Source of the DNA: Squalus acanthias
Lineage: Eukaryota
Direction of reading: 5' to 3'
NCBI GenBank assembly: GCA_030390025.1
Contig: CM059433.1
Span: forward strand, 18,664,001 to 18,728,000
Length of the DNA: 64,000 nucleotides
Shown: positions 11,426 through 24,044 of the stretch, one piece after another
Layout of the letters: each line of letters begins with the position of its first letter
Numbering within the stretch: position 1 is the stretch's first letter
The notes under the pieces: generated by a model
What the model was told of the DNA's origin: nothing
What the model saw: only the letters and a program-made list of their open reading frames with translations
Databases searched by the model: none
Program-made: the position numbers and the translations under genes

Positions 11426-13640
11426 GAATCGTAGAATCATAGAAATTTATGGCACAGAAGGAGGGCATTCGACCCATCGTGTCTGTGCTGGCTGAAAAAG
11501 AGCTATCCAGCCTAATCCCACTTTCCAGGTCTTGGTCCGAGGCCTTGTAGGTTACAGCACTTCAAGTGAATATTCCATGTACTTTTTAAATGTGATGAGG
11601 GTTTCTGTCTCTGCCACCCTGTCAGACAGTGAGTTCCAGACCCCCACCACCCTCTGGGTGAAAAAAGTTCTCAACTCCCCTTTAATCCTTCCACCAATTA
11701 CTTCAAATCTATGCCCCCTGGTTATTGACCCCTCTGCTAAGGGAAATAGGTCCTTCCTAACCACTCTATCTAGGCCCCTCATAATTTTATACACCTCAAT
11801 CAAGTCTCCCTTCAGCCTCCTCTGTTCCAAAGAAAACAACCCCAGCCTATCCAATCTTTCCTCATAGCTAAAATTCTCCAGTCCTGGCAATATCCTCGTA
11901 AATCTCCTCTGTACTCTCTCTAGAGCAATCACGTCTTTCCTGTAATGTGGTGACCAGAACTGTACACAGTACTCTAGCTGTGGCCTAACTCGTGTTTTAT
12001 ATAGTTCTAGCATAACCTCCCTGCTCTTATATTTTATGCCTCGGCTAATAAAGGAAAGTATCCCATATGCCTTCTTAACCACCTTATCTACCTGTCCTGC
12101 TACCTTCAGGGATCTGTGGACATGTACTCCAAGGTCCCTCTGTTCCTCTACACTTCTCAGTATCCTACCATTTATTGTGTATTCCCTTGCCTTCTTAGTC
12201 CTCCCCAAGTGCATTACCTCACACCTCTCCGGATTGAATTCCATTTGCCACTTTTCTACCCACCTGACCAGTCCATTGATATCTTCCTGCAGTCTACAGC
12301 TTTCTTCCTCACTATCAACCACACGGCCAATTTTTGTATCATCTGCAAACCTCTTAATCTTGCCCCCTACATTGAAGTCCAAATCACTGATATATACCAC
12401 AAAAAGCAAGGGACTTAGTACTGAGCCCTGCGGAATTCCACTCAACAGCCTTCGAGTTACAAAAACACCCATCAACCATTACCCTTTGCTTCCTGCCACG
12501 GAGCCCATTTTGGATCCAACTTGCCACTTTCCCTTGGATCTCATGGGCTTTTATTTTTCTGACCAGTCTGCCATGTGGGACCTTGTCAAAAGGCTTGCTA
12601 AAATCCATGTAGACTACATCAAACGCACTACCCTCATCAACCCTCCTTGTTACTTCCTCAAAAAATTCAATCAAGTTAGTCAGACACGACCTTCCCTTGA
12701 CAAATCCATGCTGACTGTCTTTGATTAATCTGTGCCTTTCTAAATGACGATCAATACTGTCCCTCAGAATTTTTTCCAACAATTTGCCCAAGGTTAGGCT
12801 GGCTGGCCTGTAATTACTCGGTCTGTCCCTTTGTAAACAACGGTACAACGTTAGCAGTCCTCCAGCACCACACCTGTAGCCAGAGAGGATTGAAAAATGA
12901 TGGTCCTCCCTTGCTTCCCTTAACAGCCTGGGATACATTTCATCCAGGCCTTGCGATTTATCTACTTTCAAAGATGCTAAACCCCTTAATACTTCCTCTC
13001 TCACTATGTTTATCTCATCTAATATTTCACACTCCTCCTCCTCAACTACAATGGCTGCATCTTCCCTCTCTCTCTTGTGAAGACCGATGCAAAGTATTGA
13101 TTAAGAACCATACCCATGTCTTCCACTTCCACACACAGGTTACATTTTTGGTCTCTAATGGGCCCTACTCTTTAGTTAATCTCTTGCTCTTTATGTATTT
13201 ATAAAACATCTTTGGGTTTTCTTTGATTTTACTTGCCAATATTTTTTCATGTCCTCTCTTTGCGTTCCTAATTTCCTTTTTAATTTCACCCCTGCACTTT
13301 CTATACTCCTCTAGGCTTTCCGTAGATTTAGCTCTCGGTATCTAACACAAGCTTCCCTTTTTTGCCTTATCCTACCCTGTATGGCCCATGACATCCAGGG
13401 GGCTCTAGATTTGGGAGTCCCACCCTTTTTCTTTGTGGGAACATATTTGCTCTGAACCCTCACTATCTCCTCCTTGAATGCCTCCCACTGCTCTGACATT
13501 GATTTACCTTCCAAGTTGCTGTTTCCAGTCCACTTTTGCTAAATTACATCTCGGCTTAGTAAAATTGGCCTTTTCCCAATCAAGAACTTTTACTCCTGAT
13601 CTATCTTTGTCCATAACTACACTAAATCTAACTGAATTAT
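11426..13640 (-). mobile_element. CR1 LINE, 5'-truncated ORF2 pseudogene with RT domain
   Basis: ORFs 12384-13004 and 11552-12475: NYRP.SL, QHGFVKGRSCLTNL, YMDFSK.FDKVPH, PQGSVL.P.LF, FADD; frameshifted; (ATTCT)-type tail at 11426. Confidence 0.93.
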
Positions 13641-13754
13641 GTCCACCCCCTCCACCACTGGTGCACTGTGGCTCCATTCTGTGTAATCTACAGGATGCAG
13701 TGCCACAACGCTCCAATGTTATGTAGACAGCACCGCACTCCCCCATGCAACCAT

Positions 13755-14250
13755 GTGAAGGCCCTCTAGAGGGTGCAGAGGAGATTTACCAGAGGTTCCG
13801 GGGATGGGGGATCTTAGCTGCAAGGACAGGTTGGAGAAGCTGGATTTGTTTTCATTAGAGCACAGGAGGTTGAGGGGTGATTTGATAGAGGTGTATAAGA
13901 TTATGACGGGTTTGGATCGGCTAGACGGGGAAAGGCTGTTCCCACGAGTTGATGGTACAAGGACTAGGGGACACAGATTTAAGGTTTTGGGCAAGAGATA
14001 CAGGGGGGACGTGAGGAAAAACTTTTTTACGCAGTGAGTGGTGAGGACCTGGAACTCGCTGCCGACAGAAGTGTTGGAAGCGGACACACTCAATGTTTTG
14101 AAGGGGAGACTGGATAGGCACTTGAGGGAAATAAACTTGCAGGGCTACAGGGATAGAGCGAGGGAATTGGACTGACTGGATTGCTCTACAGAGAGCTGGC
14201 ATGGACTCGATGGGCTGAATGGCCTCCTTCTGTGCCGTTATGACTCTCTG
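13755..14250 (+). mobile_element. CR1 LINE 3' fragment
   Basis: RLEKLDLFSLEHRRLRGDLIEVYKI...RKNFFTQ and CR1 3' UTR. Confidence 0.85.
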
Positions 14251-14318
14251 ACAAGAGCAGCTATATCACAGGAACACCATCACCTTCAAGTAACACGCCA
14301 TCCTGACTGGGACATAGA

Positions 14319-14527
14319 GGCCCTGAATTTCGGCAGAGGTTGTACTGATCACCCGCTGTAACTTTGGCGGAAAATCGGTGGAAACCACACCCCCATCCCT
14401 CACCCCACACCCACACCCCCAACCCCCGAAAAATGACGGAAATGGCTGATGTTCCTCGGGGGTTTCCTCCAATTTCCTGCCGAAGCAACCGCAGCTTAAC
14501 TGGAGAACCCCTGTACAATTCTGGGCC
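14319..14527. mobile_element. Short Harbinger-type MITE inside an old LINE 3' region
   Basis: Imperfect TIR GGCCCTGAATTT / CAATTCTGGGCC; flanks AGA/ATA (one mismatch). Confidence 0.55.
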
Positions 14528-14796
14528 ATACTGTCATTCCTTCATTGCTGCTAGGTAGCGAATTCCAGAAATATCTACCTAACCCCATTCTGGGAGCAGT
14601 GTTAGCACAAGAACTGCAGCGGTTCAAGAAAAATGCTCATCACCACCTTTTTGGGTCAACTAGGGATGGGCGATGTACAGGGCCTTGCCATCGTAATTCA
14701 TATCCAGAGAACAAATTAAATTAAAGATTCACATTGGTGCAGTAGGATATAGCCTTCTGCAGTTGAAGTTAAGATGCATCGTTGAATTAGAGTAAG

Positions 14797-15970
14797 TGTC
14801 AGCTGTGGCTCAGTTGGTAGCACTCTTGCCTCTGAGTCAGAAAGTTGTGGGTTCAAGTCCCATTCCAGAGACTTGACTGCAAAAATCTAGGCTGACACTC
14901 CCATGCCGTCTTTCGGATGAGACGTTAAACCGAAGCCCTGTCTGCTCTCTCAGGTGGATGTAAAAGATCCCGTGGTACTATTTTGAAGAGCAGGGGAGTT
15001 ATCCCCGGAGTCCTGGCCAATATTTATCCCTCAATCAACATGACAAAAACAAATTATCTGGTCATTATCACATAGCTGTTTGTGGGATCTTGCTGTGTGC
15101 AAATTGGCTGCCACGTTTCCTACATTACAACAGTGACTACACTCCAAAAGTACTTAAATAAAAACAGAAAATGCTGGTAATACTCAGCAGGTCAGGCAAC
15201 ATCTGTGGAGAGAGAAACAGAGTTAATGTTTCAGGTCTATGGCCCTTCGTCAGAACTGGAAAAAGTTGGAGATGGAACAGGTTTTTAAGCAAGTGTAAAT
15301 GGCAATGGCAGAATGATCAACAGCTGTCACTCTGACCTCTCCGTTCTTGGCCTCTTACAATGTTCCAATGAAGCTCAACGTAAACTCGAGGACCAGCACC
15401 TCATCTTTCGATTAGACACTTTACAGCCTTCTGGACTCAACATCGAGTTCAACAATTTCAGACCATAACCTCTGGCCCCTATCTTTTTTTTCATTTTTTT
15501 TCTCTCTCACATGGCAGCTGTCTTTCATTCTGCCATCGCCATTTACACTTCATCTAGACCCATCTTTTGTTTCTTAACTTGTCCCATTACCATCTCCTTT
15601 TGCCTTGCACCATCATCCCTTTTGTCTCTTAATCTCTCCTGCCTTCCATCCTATCACAGACCTTCCCTTTTGTTCTTTCCTCTCCTCCCCCCTCTCCCTG
15701 CCCCTACACTTGCTTAAAAACCTGTTCCATCTCCAGCTTTTTCCAGTTCTGACGAAGGGTCATCGACCTGAACCGTTAACTCTGTTTCTCTCTCCACAGA
15801 TGCTGCCTGACCTGCTGAGTATTTCCAGCATTTTCTGTTTTTATTTCAGATTTCCAGCATCCGCAGTATTTTGCTTTTGTATTAGTCTCCAAAAGTACTT
15901 TATTGGCTGTAAAGCACTCAGACGTCTGGTGGTCGTGAAAGGCGCTATATAAATGCAAGTCTTTCTTTCT
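14797..15970 (+). mobile_element. Deu-domain tRNA SINE split by a Penelope insertion
   Basis: SINE head at 14797; tail resumes after a duplicated CTCCAAAAGTACTT. Confidence 0.8.
15156..15886 (+). mobile_element. Penelope-like element remnant: inverted terminal repeat + GIY-YIG endonuclease C-terminus (15328-15468) + terminal repeat
   Basis: HSDLSVLGLLQC...RKLEDQHLIFRLDTLQPSGLNIEFNNFRP* is the typical PLE endonuclease end; 14-bp TSD CTCCAAAAGTACTT at 15142-15155 and 15887-15900. Confidence 0.85.
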
Positions 15971-16497
15971 TCACTGACCATAGCCTGTGTTACACTTGAT
16001 CTCACATTGAAAATGTTACATTCTGAGCATTCACACAGGGAAAAAAATGACAAGTGAATTATAAAGTGGCTCTAGACTGCCAGGGCATTGTTGCATACCA
16101 CCCCACTAGCCTAGGAAAGGAAATGGAATTTCTCTTTCATCGCCTGACCATAAGGCGCATCCCCTTTAAAATAAAAAGCGCAGGAGGAAATGGAGGCACC
16201 AAGGACGGGAATGCAGATATTCCTACTACTGAACAAATCCATCGAGCAGGACTGCTAAGTAAAGCCAAACCATACAAAACACTGGAATTAGATGCACCAA
16301 CCGCTGGTTAATATGGTAAAAAGTGAACAGCTTACCTTGTTTTAGGCTCTAGCTACAGATGCTGGTTACCTCCATCAGCATGATGAGGAGGAAAGGTATG
16401 TTAGATAAGATGGAGCTAGCTCAAGATGTTTGGGGATTCCCCTGCCGGAGCTGCTCTATGGGCCCCTGCATTGTTTGATTCTCCCTCCCCCCCACCA

Positions 16498-16805
16498 ATC
16501 ACAGAATCCCCACAGTGCAGATAGAGGCCATTTCGGCCCATCGAGCCTGCACCGACACATATCCCACCCTATCCCCGTAACCCCACGTATTTAATCCCCC
16601 TAACACTAAGGGTCAATTTATCATAGCCAAATCAACCTAACCCGCACATCTTTGGACTGTGGGAGGAAACCGGAGCACCCGAAGGAAACCCACGCAGACA
16701 CGGGGAGAATGTGCAAACTCCACACAGACAGTCACCCGAGGCCGGATTCGAACCCGGGTCCCTGGCGCTGTGAGGCAACAGTGCTAACCACTATGCCACC
16801 GTGTT
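16498..16805 (-). mobile_element. V-SINE (shark HE1-like)
   Basis: Minus strand has a tRNA head (GGCATAGTGGTTAGC...GGTTCGAATCC) and the V-domain CCCCGTGTCTGCGTGGGTTTCCTTCGGGTGCTCCGGTTTCCTCCCAC. Confidence 0.85.
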
Positions 16806-16819
16806 GCCATCCCGACAGT

Positions 16820-17414
16820 GGGCTGGATTACCCACTTTGTGGTGGGATAGTGGCGAAGCAGAACTTCCGCTGCTCTGACCCTTCCCCCCTCCAGGTAACC
16901 TCCGGGTCCCTGACCCATGTCCCCTGGACAGGATTAATTTCCTGCTGCCACCGAGGGTAATCCTGGTGGTGCTGCAGTAAAGAGGCAGGAGGCCAGATTA
17001 AAGGGGCAGAAGGACCCTGAAGGTAACAGCCCCAATGTTTACTGAGGCCTTGGCCAAGACCGAGATTTACATCAGCCAGGAGACTGAGGCGAAATGGAGA
17101 GAGTGGGGGCCTTTACCAGGCTCTCTTCCCTCCATTTAGAAAATTTAGGGTTATTACCACCACGACCATCTTTCACCAGGCAGCCCCAAGAAACCCCAGC
17201 AAGAGTGATGGATGGGAGGGAAATGGGACTGGAAGCTGGGCTCCACATGCCCCAGCAGCACTTGTATGAGGCAGCTGGGGAAGAGGCGGTAGACAGTGGT
17301 CTGGGTAGGGGCGTGGGAGGGTGGGGGTGGTGGCAGTAGGACTAGCCGCCTGTTTTTGCTCCATTTGCTGTCCTGCCCGATTTTCAGCGGAATTATAAGA
17401 GGAAAATCCAGCCC
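16820..17414. mobile_element. Older Harbinger-type MITE
   Basis: GGGCTGGATT ... AAAATCCAGCCC ends, same TIR type as 4961-5585; flanks AGT/TGT. Confidence 0.55.
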
Positions 17415-19454
17415 TGTATCTATTACTTGCTCCCTTTCACTTTGTTACACTCTATTCCTCATGCATTCTCTGTAGACTTTCCCACCTTCCTTCCTTTCCT
17501 CCAGTAATATCAAACTTCTGCTTTTTTCCTGCGGTGATCTTTCCCAACTCCACATCTCCATTAGTGAGTGTTGTATGTTCCTCTCGGGAATATGGAGCCC
17601 AATCCATTAAACGATTGATGAAAAGGCACAAAGGCAGTGGAAAATTTAGAGAAGGGCAGCCACAATGATACCAAGCTTCAGGTGACTGAGCTCAGCTAAG
17701 AGATTAAATCAGTTTATCATCAGAAAATAAAAGATTGAGAGGACTTGAAATAATTAATAAGGTGGATATCGAGAGGTAGTTGTGAAAAACGAATATAGAG
17801 GTCATGATTATAGACTGAAAAAGCCACGAGTTAGACATTTGAGCATGTTGTTCATACTCCCGTCAGTGGACTATTGCATGAGTCCATATGTGCCTCTCCA
17901 ATCTTTTTACAAGGCGACCGAGAAAACAGCGGGTAAGTCAAGGCCTAATACCAATCGATAAGCTGCTTTATTTCACAATAAGGTACGCATGATCAGACAC
18001 ACTTCATTCAATCAGCACAATTTATCTTCACGTAATAATAAAAAAATAAAGAACTCTCCATGTTTCCCCACATTAGTAGGTCCTCTTACTTGAAACAAGA
18101 TGACTTCTAACTGTCCTCCAGCCTTTCTTAGCTCTTAGTCTCGACAAGAGCCTTCGCATCATTCTCTTTCAAAACCCGACTGCCCTCGCAGCCTTTTCTT
18201 GCAAAACCTGACTGACTGGCTGAAAATTATTCTGTGTACTTTGTCTCCCTCTGTTCACAGACAGACAGGTATCATGTGGGGAGAAATTCAATATTGTTTC
18301 ACCCATTTCGTGTGAAAAGTTTAGGTTGGGGGGTCAAATTTCGGGTCATGATCTTTCGTGCCCAATTTCCCCCTGGAAATACATCGACTGCCAAATTAGA
18401 AGCTGGCGACCTCCAAGTGTGCAGGGTGCCCATCTAAAACAGGCATTGAGCGGCTTAAATATGCCAGCTTTAGGGCCCCGACAGAAAATGACTGAGAAAA
18501 TGGGCAGAGCACGCACCGTCCAATTGTTCCACGTCTTCTATGGTCCAACCATCGATCCTTAAAGGGATCGCTGGAGGCCGCCCAGGAAGAGGTAGTTTTA
18601 TTTCTGTGGAGCCAGGAGGAGCAGGAGTGTTCCTCCTAGCTGCACAAAAATGACTGCGGGTCGCTGCCAGCCTGGGCTTGTGCTCCCCACCACTTCGCTT
18701 CCCACCCCCAGGACCTACCAGCAGGCTGACTCTGTGTTGGAGCCGGCCAACATTCCTAAGGCCCCGACTGGCGACCTGTATCAGGACGTCCAATTGGCAA
18801 CTCGCCAGTTTCTTGCAGATGATGCCCGAGGCCCAATTTTGAACAGGCCCCAGGTAGACATCTTCGGGTGCGGATTCGCATTGCGCCACCCAGTGCAAGT
18901 TGTATTTCCTCTCCAAAGACTCTCCGTCACAATGGATGTGAGCTGTGTTTTGATCATTGAGGCAAGCTAATGAATTGCTTACTGTTTAAAGTCTTTGGAG
19001 AAAACAACTTCCAGTTAGCATATTAATCACCTTTCATCTTACTGCTTTTTTTTTAAACTTGCGAGAATATTTTGCTTTTAAAAATCCACCATTAAAAGCA
19101 GTTCTTTTCCTAATTCTTTTCTGTGGAAAAATGGTGATAAAAGCCTGAAACATGACCCTGTGAACTGAACTTAACAGAGGGAGTAACGTTTTTTTCACTT
19201 TTAGGTTGCAGTCCGGGAGTGATACTGGGGTAGAGTGCAGAGAGCACGGTGTTGTGATACAAGCTGGGAACTGCACTCGACCAATTAGGAGTGAGCTCCT
19301 TGCGTGTGTGCTAACACTCAGGCACAAAGCTTTGCAGTCCCGATATCTAATTTGTAACGTTAGGAGAGTGGGGTTTGGAGCACCCACTTTCTCATATCAT
19401 TATTAAGACTCTACAATAAGTTTAGAAAAAGTGACCGGAAGGTGCCTGAGCACT

Positions 19455-19945
19455 TGCATAGAATTTACAGCACAGCAACATGTCCCCGCCTGTGTTTATG
19501 CTTCACACGAGCCTCTTCCCACTCTAGTGACTTCATCTCACCCTATCAGCATATCCTTCTATTCCTTTCTCCCTCATGTACTTATCTCGTGTCACCTTAA
19601 ATGTATTTGTGCTATTTATCTCAACTACTCCTTGTGGTATCAAATTCTACATTCTCACCACTCTCTGAGTAAAGAAGTTTCTCCTAAATTCCCTACTGGA
19701 TTTATTAGTGACTATTTTATTTTTATGACCCCCTAGTCCTGGTCTCCCCCACAACCTCTCAGCGTCTACCCTATCGAACCCCTTCATAATTTTAAAGACC
19801 TCCATTAGGTCAGCCCTCAGCCTTCTCTTTTCTCAGGAAAAGAACTCCAGCCTGTTCAGTCTTTCCTGATAGTCGCACCCTCTCAGTTTTCATGTCATCC
19901 TTGAAAATCTTTTCTGCACTTTCTCTATATTCTTTTTGTAATATG
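19455..19945 (-). mobile_element. Degenerate CR1 3' fragment
   Basis: Reverse-complement similarity to the other CR1 3' ends. Confidence 0.6.
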
Positions 19946-20076
19946 CAGCATCTGTACAAAGAGGAAGATGGCACATGCCGAGGCTGTGCACGTAGTCAGG
20001 CATTTGTTTTTCTCACAGGCAGGAAAAACAAGGTTACCAGAACACATTTGCCATAACATGCTTTATCGCGCCAATA

Positions 20077-20092
20077 CCAGTAGATGGCACTA
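20077..20092 (+). promoter_or_regulatory. Candidate CTCF binding site
   Basis: CCAGTAGATGGCACTA matches the CCASYAGRKGGCRSY core consensus and lies in non-repetitive sequence. Confidence 0.5.
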
Positions 20093-21573
20093 TAAGACCG
20101 TAGTCTCATGAACCTTTATATCTACCATAAACTGCAAGGACATTCCCATCAATTTTTAAATATATTTTCTGAAACACGCAATGGATTCAAAAATAGTGTC
20201 TGCTGAGAGATTGGTTTCAACAGTGCGAAAGACTGTATTCTAAGGGGAGTTCTACAATCGAAGTACAACACGCATCTCATTTTCCATATTCCATTGTACT
20301 AAGTGCTTGCCGACCTTATGAAAACTGTAGCATAATTAAAGGCCACTTTATGACCACATTTTAACAGTCTACAACATCTCAATAAAGCGGAGCTAAAAAT
20401 TGCAATGTCCCACAAAACACCAGGAACTGAACATTAACGTGATTTCTGTTTCAGGGACTTGGAAAGGTAGCAAAGAGTTGCACGTCCCTTAACTGCCATC
20501 ATGGTGCAGTTTGCAAAAAAAATGTGGCTGTAATGTTTATTTTACTGAAAGGTGAGGAGAGAGTCTTGTCTGACTCTATTCCTAAATCCTCATTCTCTCT
20601 CTCTCTCTAATTGCCATCCTGGCTGCTCTTTCCTTTCCAGTCTCTGGTTGAAGGACTGTTGCTGCTCAATGACTGTTCATTCCACATAGATTACAACCGC
20701 AGGAGTTTTTTCTCTCTCTGTAAAGTGGCACAGTAAATGGGCTTGTGAAGATGAACTTATTTCTCGTCTAACAGAGGAAAGCTTCAGGAAAGTATAGGGA
20801 CCAGAGGGATTGTTGTTACCCGAATTGGGAAAAGTGGAACGGCTTGGAAAAAGTGCCGGGATCCAAATGCGCCGCATTTGTTCTCAGTTGGAATTTTCCC
20901 GCTTGGTTGGTTTTGTAAGGAATGGAACCTCTGCCCACCCCCTTATAAGGCCGGCCATGTCAGAGGGAGCAGGGCTGGGGGCAGGGATGCCCCTTGCTGG
21001 GAAATTCTGCTTTCCCGATCCATAAGGGGATACTGGATGGCAGGGATGGCGAGCAAGGTGAGGTGTACCAGTTTCCAGAAAGCCCCACGAGAGAAGTGGC
21101 CCGGACCCATGGAGATAATTTTAAGATAGGCCCCCTTACACAGGGAGCTGAATGGGAGGCGGGGGGGGTGGGGGGGAATGGGATCTCAGAGGTGGGGGCG
21201 GGGTGAGAGGCCTGGGCACTGGCTCTGGATAGCCGGTGGGTGGCTGGTGTTCCTGGCAGCATGGGGCAAGTAGATGCCTGTGATGCACGCATAGTGCAAC
21301 CGAGGTGCCCTGTGACAGACCCCAAAACTCCAGCGGGGCCAGCGCTGAAGGGCACAGGAGGGCGACCCAACTATTTACAGGGCCCACATATAGATATTTA
21401 AATCTTTTCCATTAGATCAACTATAGAAGAAACCAAAGAAGCAGGCTGCCTGCAGAATAGAGGGAGGGGAGGAGGATTTCACAGTCAGGCAATCTGTGCC
21501 CGAGATTAAAAACTATACAGCAGAAATAACATTCTGGAGATGTTGACGAACATGGTGAATATTTAAATAGTAT

Positions 21574-22467
21574 GGGGTAGAAATTAGGTCGCGCCCCATT
21601 TGGGGCGCAAATATCGTCCGGACGCAAATATTAGCGCCTGGCGCTAATTATCGGCACTGACGGGAAACTTCACTTTTACCGCCCCGGGAGGTGAGTGGAG
21701 CGCTAAAGCAGGCGCTGCACACCTCTCTTAAGGCGCAAAGGCCAAGGAGTGAGGCGCTAACTCGGAGCGCTGGCGAAGCTCATGTAATGTCAGTCAGCAA
21801 TAGAACACACACACAATGGCACGGGCCAGTTCTTAAAGGGGATGGTTAATCTTGCTTTCCATCCACATCCTGTTCATTGCTGCCTTGAATCTCGGCCTGG
21901 AGAGACTTGCACATCAAATGTGCTGGAAAGTACAATGGAGAGCACCAGGCAAAGAGCTCAGAGTGCAGCTCCCACGGTCTCTGCTAAATCGATACAAGGA
22001 ATGGCAAATCAAAATGAACCTGCAAAGTGCTGCTCAGTACCCAAAACTCCTTCACACAACGTTGAATCTCTCCAGAAGTCTCTCCCTCTCTCTCTCAGAA
22101 TGCGTAGTTCAAAAATGCCACCAACAATAAAAGACAGGAAGAGGCCCCCTTTAAATAGCGCCCCCCCCCAGCCCCACAGCGATTGATAGCGTTCCAGTCT
22201 TCTGGTCGTTGGAAGCGCCAGGCGGTAAGGCAGGGGGTGCCACTCAATTTCCGCTACGGGGCGCCCCAAGGGCGTTGCACCATGGAATGACGTCACAATC
22301 TGCGCGCGCAGGTGGTCGCAGCGGTAAGTTTTAGCGCCGCCGCACAATCTCAAGTTAAGTTCTCGAGCGGCGCAAACATCGCTGCGCCCGGGCGTTAGCG
22401 GCTTTGCGCCCCATTAGCGCCCTCTTAAGGCGCTAACGGGTGGCGCAACCAAGTGAATTTTTACCCC
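21574..22467 (+). mobile_element. Young CpG-rich PIF/Harbinger MITE, copy 1 (894 bp)
   Basis: TIR GGGGTAGAAATT/AATTTTTACCCC; TSD TAT on both sides. Confidence 0.9.
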
Positions 22468-22501
22468 TATAACTTTAATATTGAGCTTCTGTGAAGCTTT
22501 G

Positions 22502-23394
22502 GGGGTAAAAATTCACTTGGTTGCGCCACCCGTTAGCGCCTTAAGAGGGCGCTAATGGGGCGCAAAGTCGCTAACGCCCGGGCGCAGCGATGTTTGCGCC
22601 GCTCGAGAACTTAACTTGAGATTGTGCGGCGGCGCTAAAACTTACCGCTGCGACCACCTGCGCGCGCAGATTGTGACGTCATTCCATGGTGCAACGCCCT
22701 TGGGGCGCCCCGTAGCGGAAATTGAGTGGCGCCCCCTGCCTTACCGCCTGGCGCTTCCAACGACCAGAAGACTGGAACGCTATCAATCGCTGTGGGGCTG
22801 GGGGGGGCGCTATTTAAAGGGGGCCTCTTCCTGTCTTTTATTGTTGGTGGCATTTTTGAACTACGCATTCTGAGAGAGAGAGGGAGAGACTTCAGGAGAG
22901 ATTCAACGTTGTGTGAAGGAGTTTTGGGTACTGAGCAGCACTTTGCAGGTTCATTTTGATTTGCCATTCCTTGTATCGATTTAGCAGAGACCGTGGGAGC
23001 TGCACTCTGAGCTCTTTGCCTGGTGCTCTCCATTGTACTTTCCAGCACATTTGATGTGCAAGTCTCTCCAGGCCGAGATTCAAGGCAGCAATGAACAGGA
23101 TGTGGATGGAAAGCAAGATTAACCATCCCCTTTAAGAACTGGCCCGTGCCATTGTGTGTGTGTTCTATTGCTGACTGACATTACATGAGCTTCGCCAGCG
23201 CTCCGAGTTAGCGCCTCACTCCTTGGCCTTTGCGCCTTAAGAGAGGTGTGCAGCGCCTGCTTTAGCGCTCCACTCACCTCCCGGGGCGGTAAAAGTGAAG
23301 TTTCCCGTCAGTGCTGATAATTAGCGCCAGGCGCTAATATTTGCGTCCGGACGATATTTGCGCCCCAAATGGGGCGCGACCTAATTTCTACCCC
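22502..23394 (-). mobile_element. Same Harbinger MITE, copy 2, inverted (893 bp)
   Basis: Near-exact reverse complement of 21574-22467; own TSD TTG on both sides. Confidence 0.9.
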
Positions 23395-24044
23395 TTGGAC
23401 TTTTAAGATACATGGTATTCTCAGCTAGAATATAAATCTAAAATCCTCGGTATCTTGGACTAATCTTTTAATCCCTTCAGCACACGAATACATAAAAATG
23501 GCATTCAGTAACTCACTTTACTAAAATGCCCTCGTCTTACCCACTTCTCCACTCTTTCGCAATTTTCCTTCAATTTGCTTTGTCAATACTATTTCATCTC
23601 CCTCCCTTTGCTGCATTATCCTTCTGATGTTTTGTTTCGATTCCCCCGCCTGGTGTTTTGGCCAATTATTATCAGAAATGCAACTAACTTATGCTTTGGG
23701 GGCAATGAGCGCCCACACATTGTAAGCAGAGAGCGCTGCTGGATGAAGGGAAGCTGAATGTAGATCGAGCCATTTTTCTGGCTTTCAACAAAATGAAATT
23801 TATTGCACGGAGTGAAAGGCCTTGCCAGTGATCTGAATATCTCTAGTAACATTTCCAAAGTCTGGTCTTCAGATGTTGTGAATCTATGAGCTGTCAGTGG
23901 GTTGCTTTCCAATGCAGACTTGGCTTGTATTCCCTTGAGTATAGGAGATTGAGGAGTGATCCGATCGAGGTGTTTAAAATGTTAAAAGGATTCGATGGCG
24001 CAGATACAGAGAAACTATCTTTTTTCTTTTTTTATGCTTATGAC

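Noticed and set aside
21842..23126. Duplicated ORFs (MVNLAFHP..., MRLCGGAK...) as a gene pair
   Set aside because: They simply mirror the inverted MITE copies; no recognisable domain
21574..23394. Single fold-back element inserted as one unit
   Set aside because: Outer flanks differ (TAT versus TTG) while each arm has its own matching TSD
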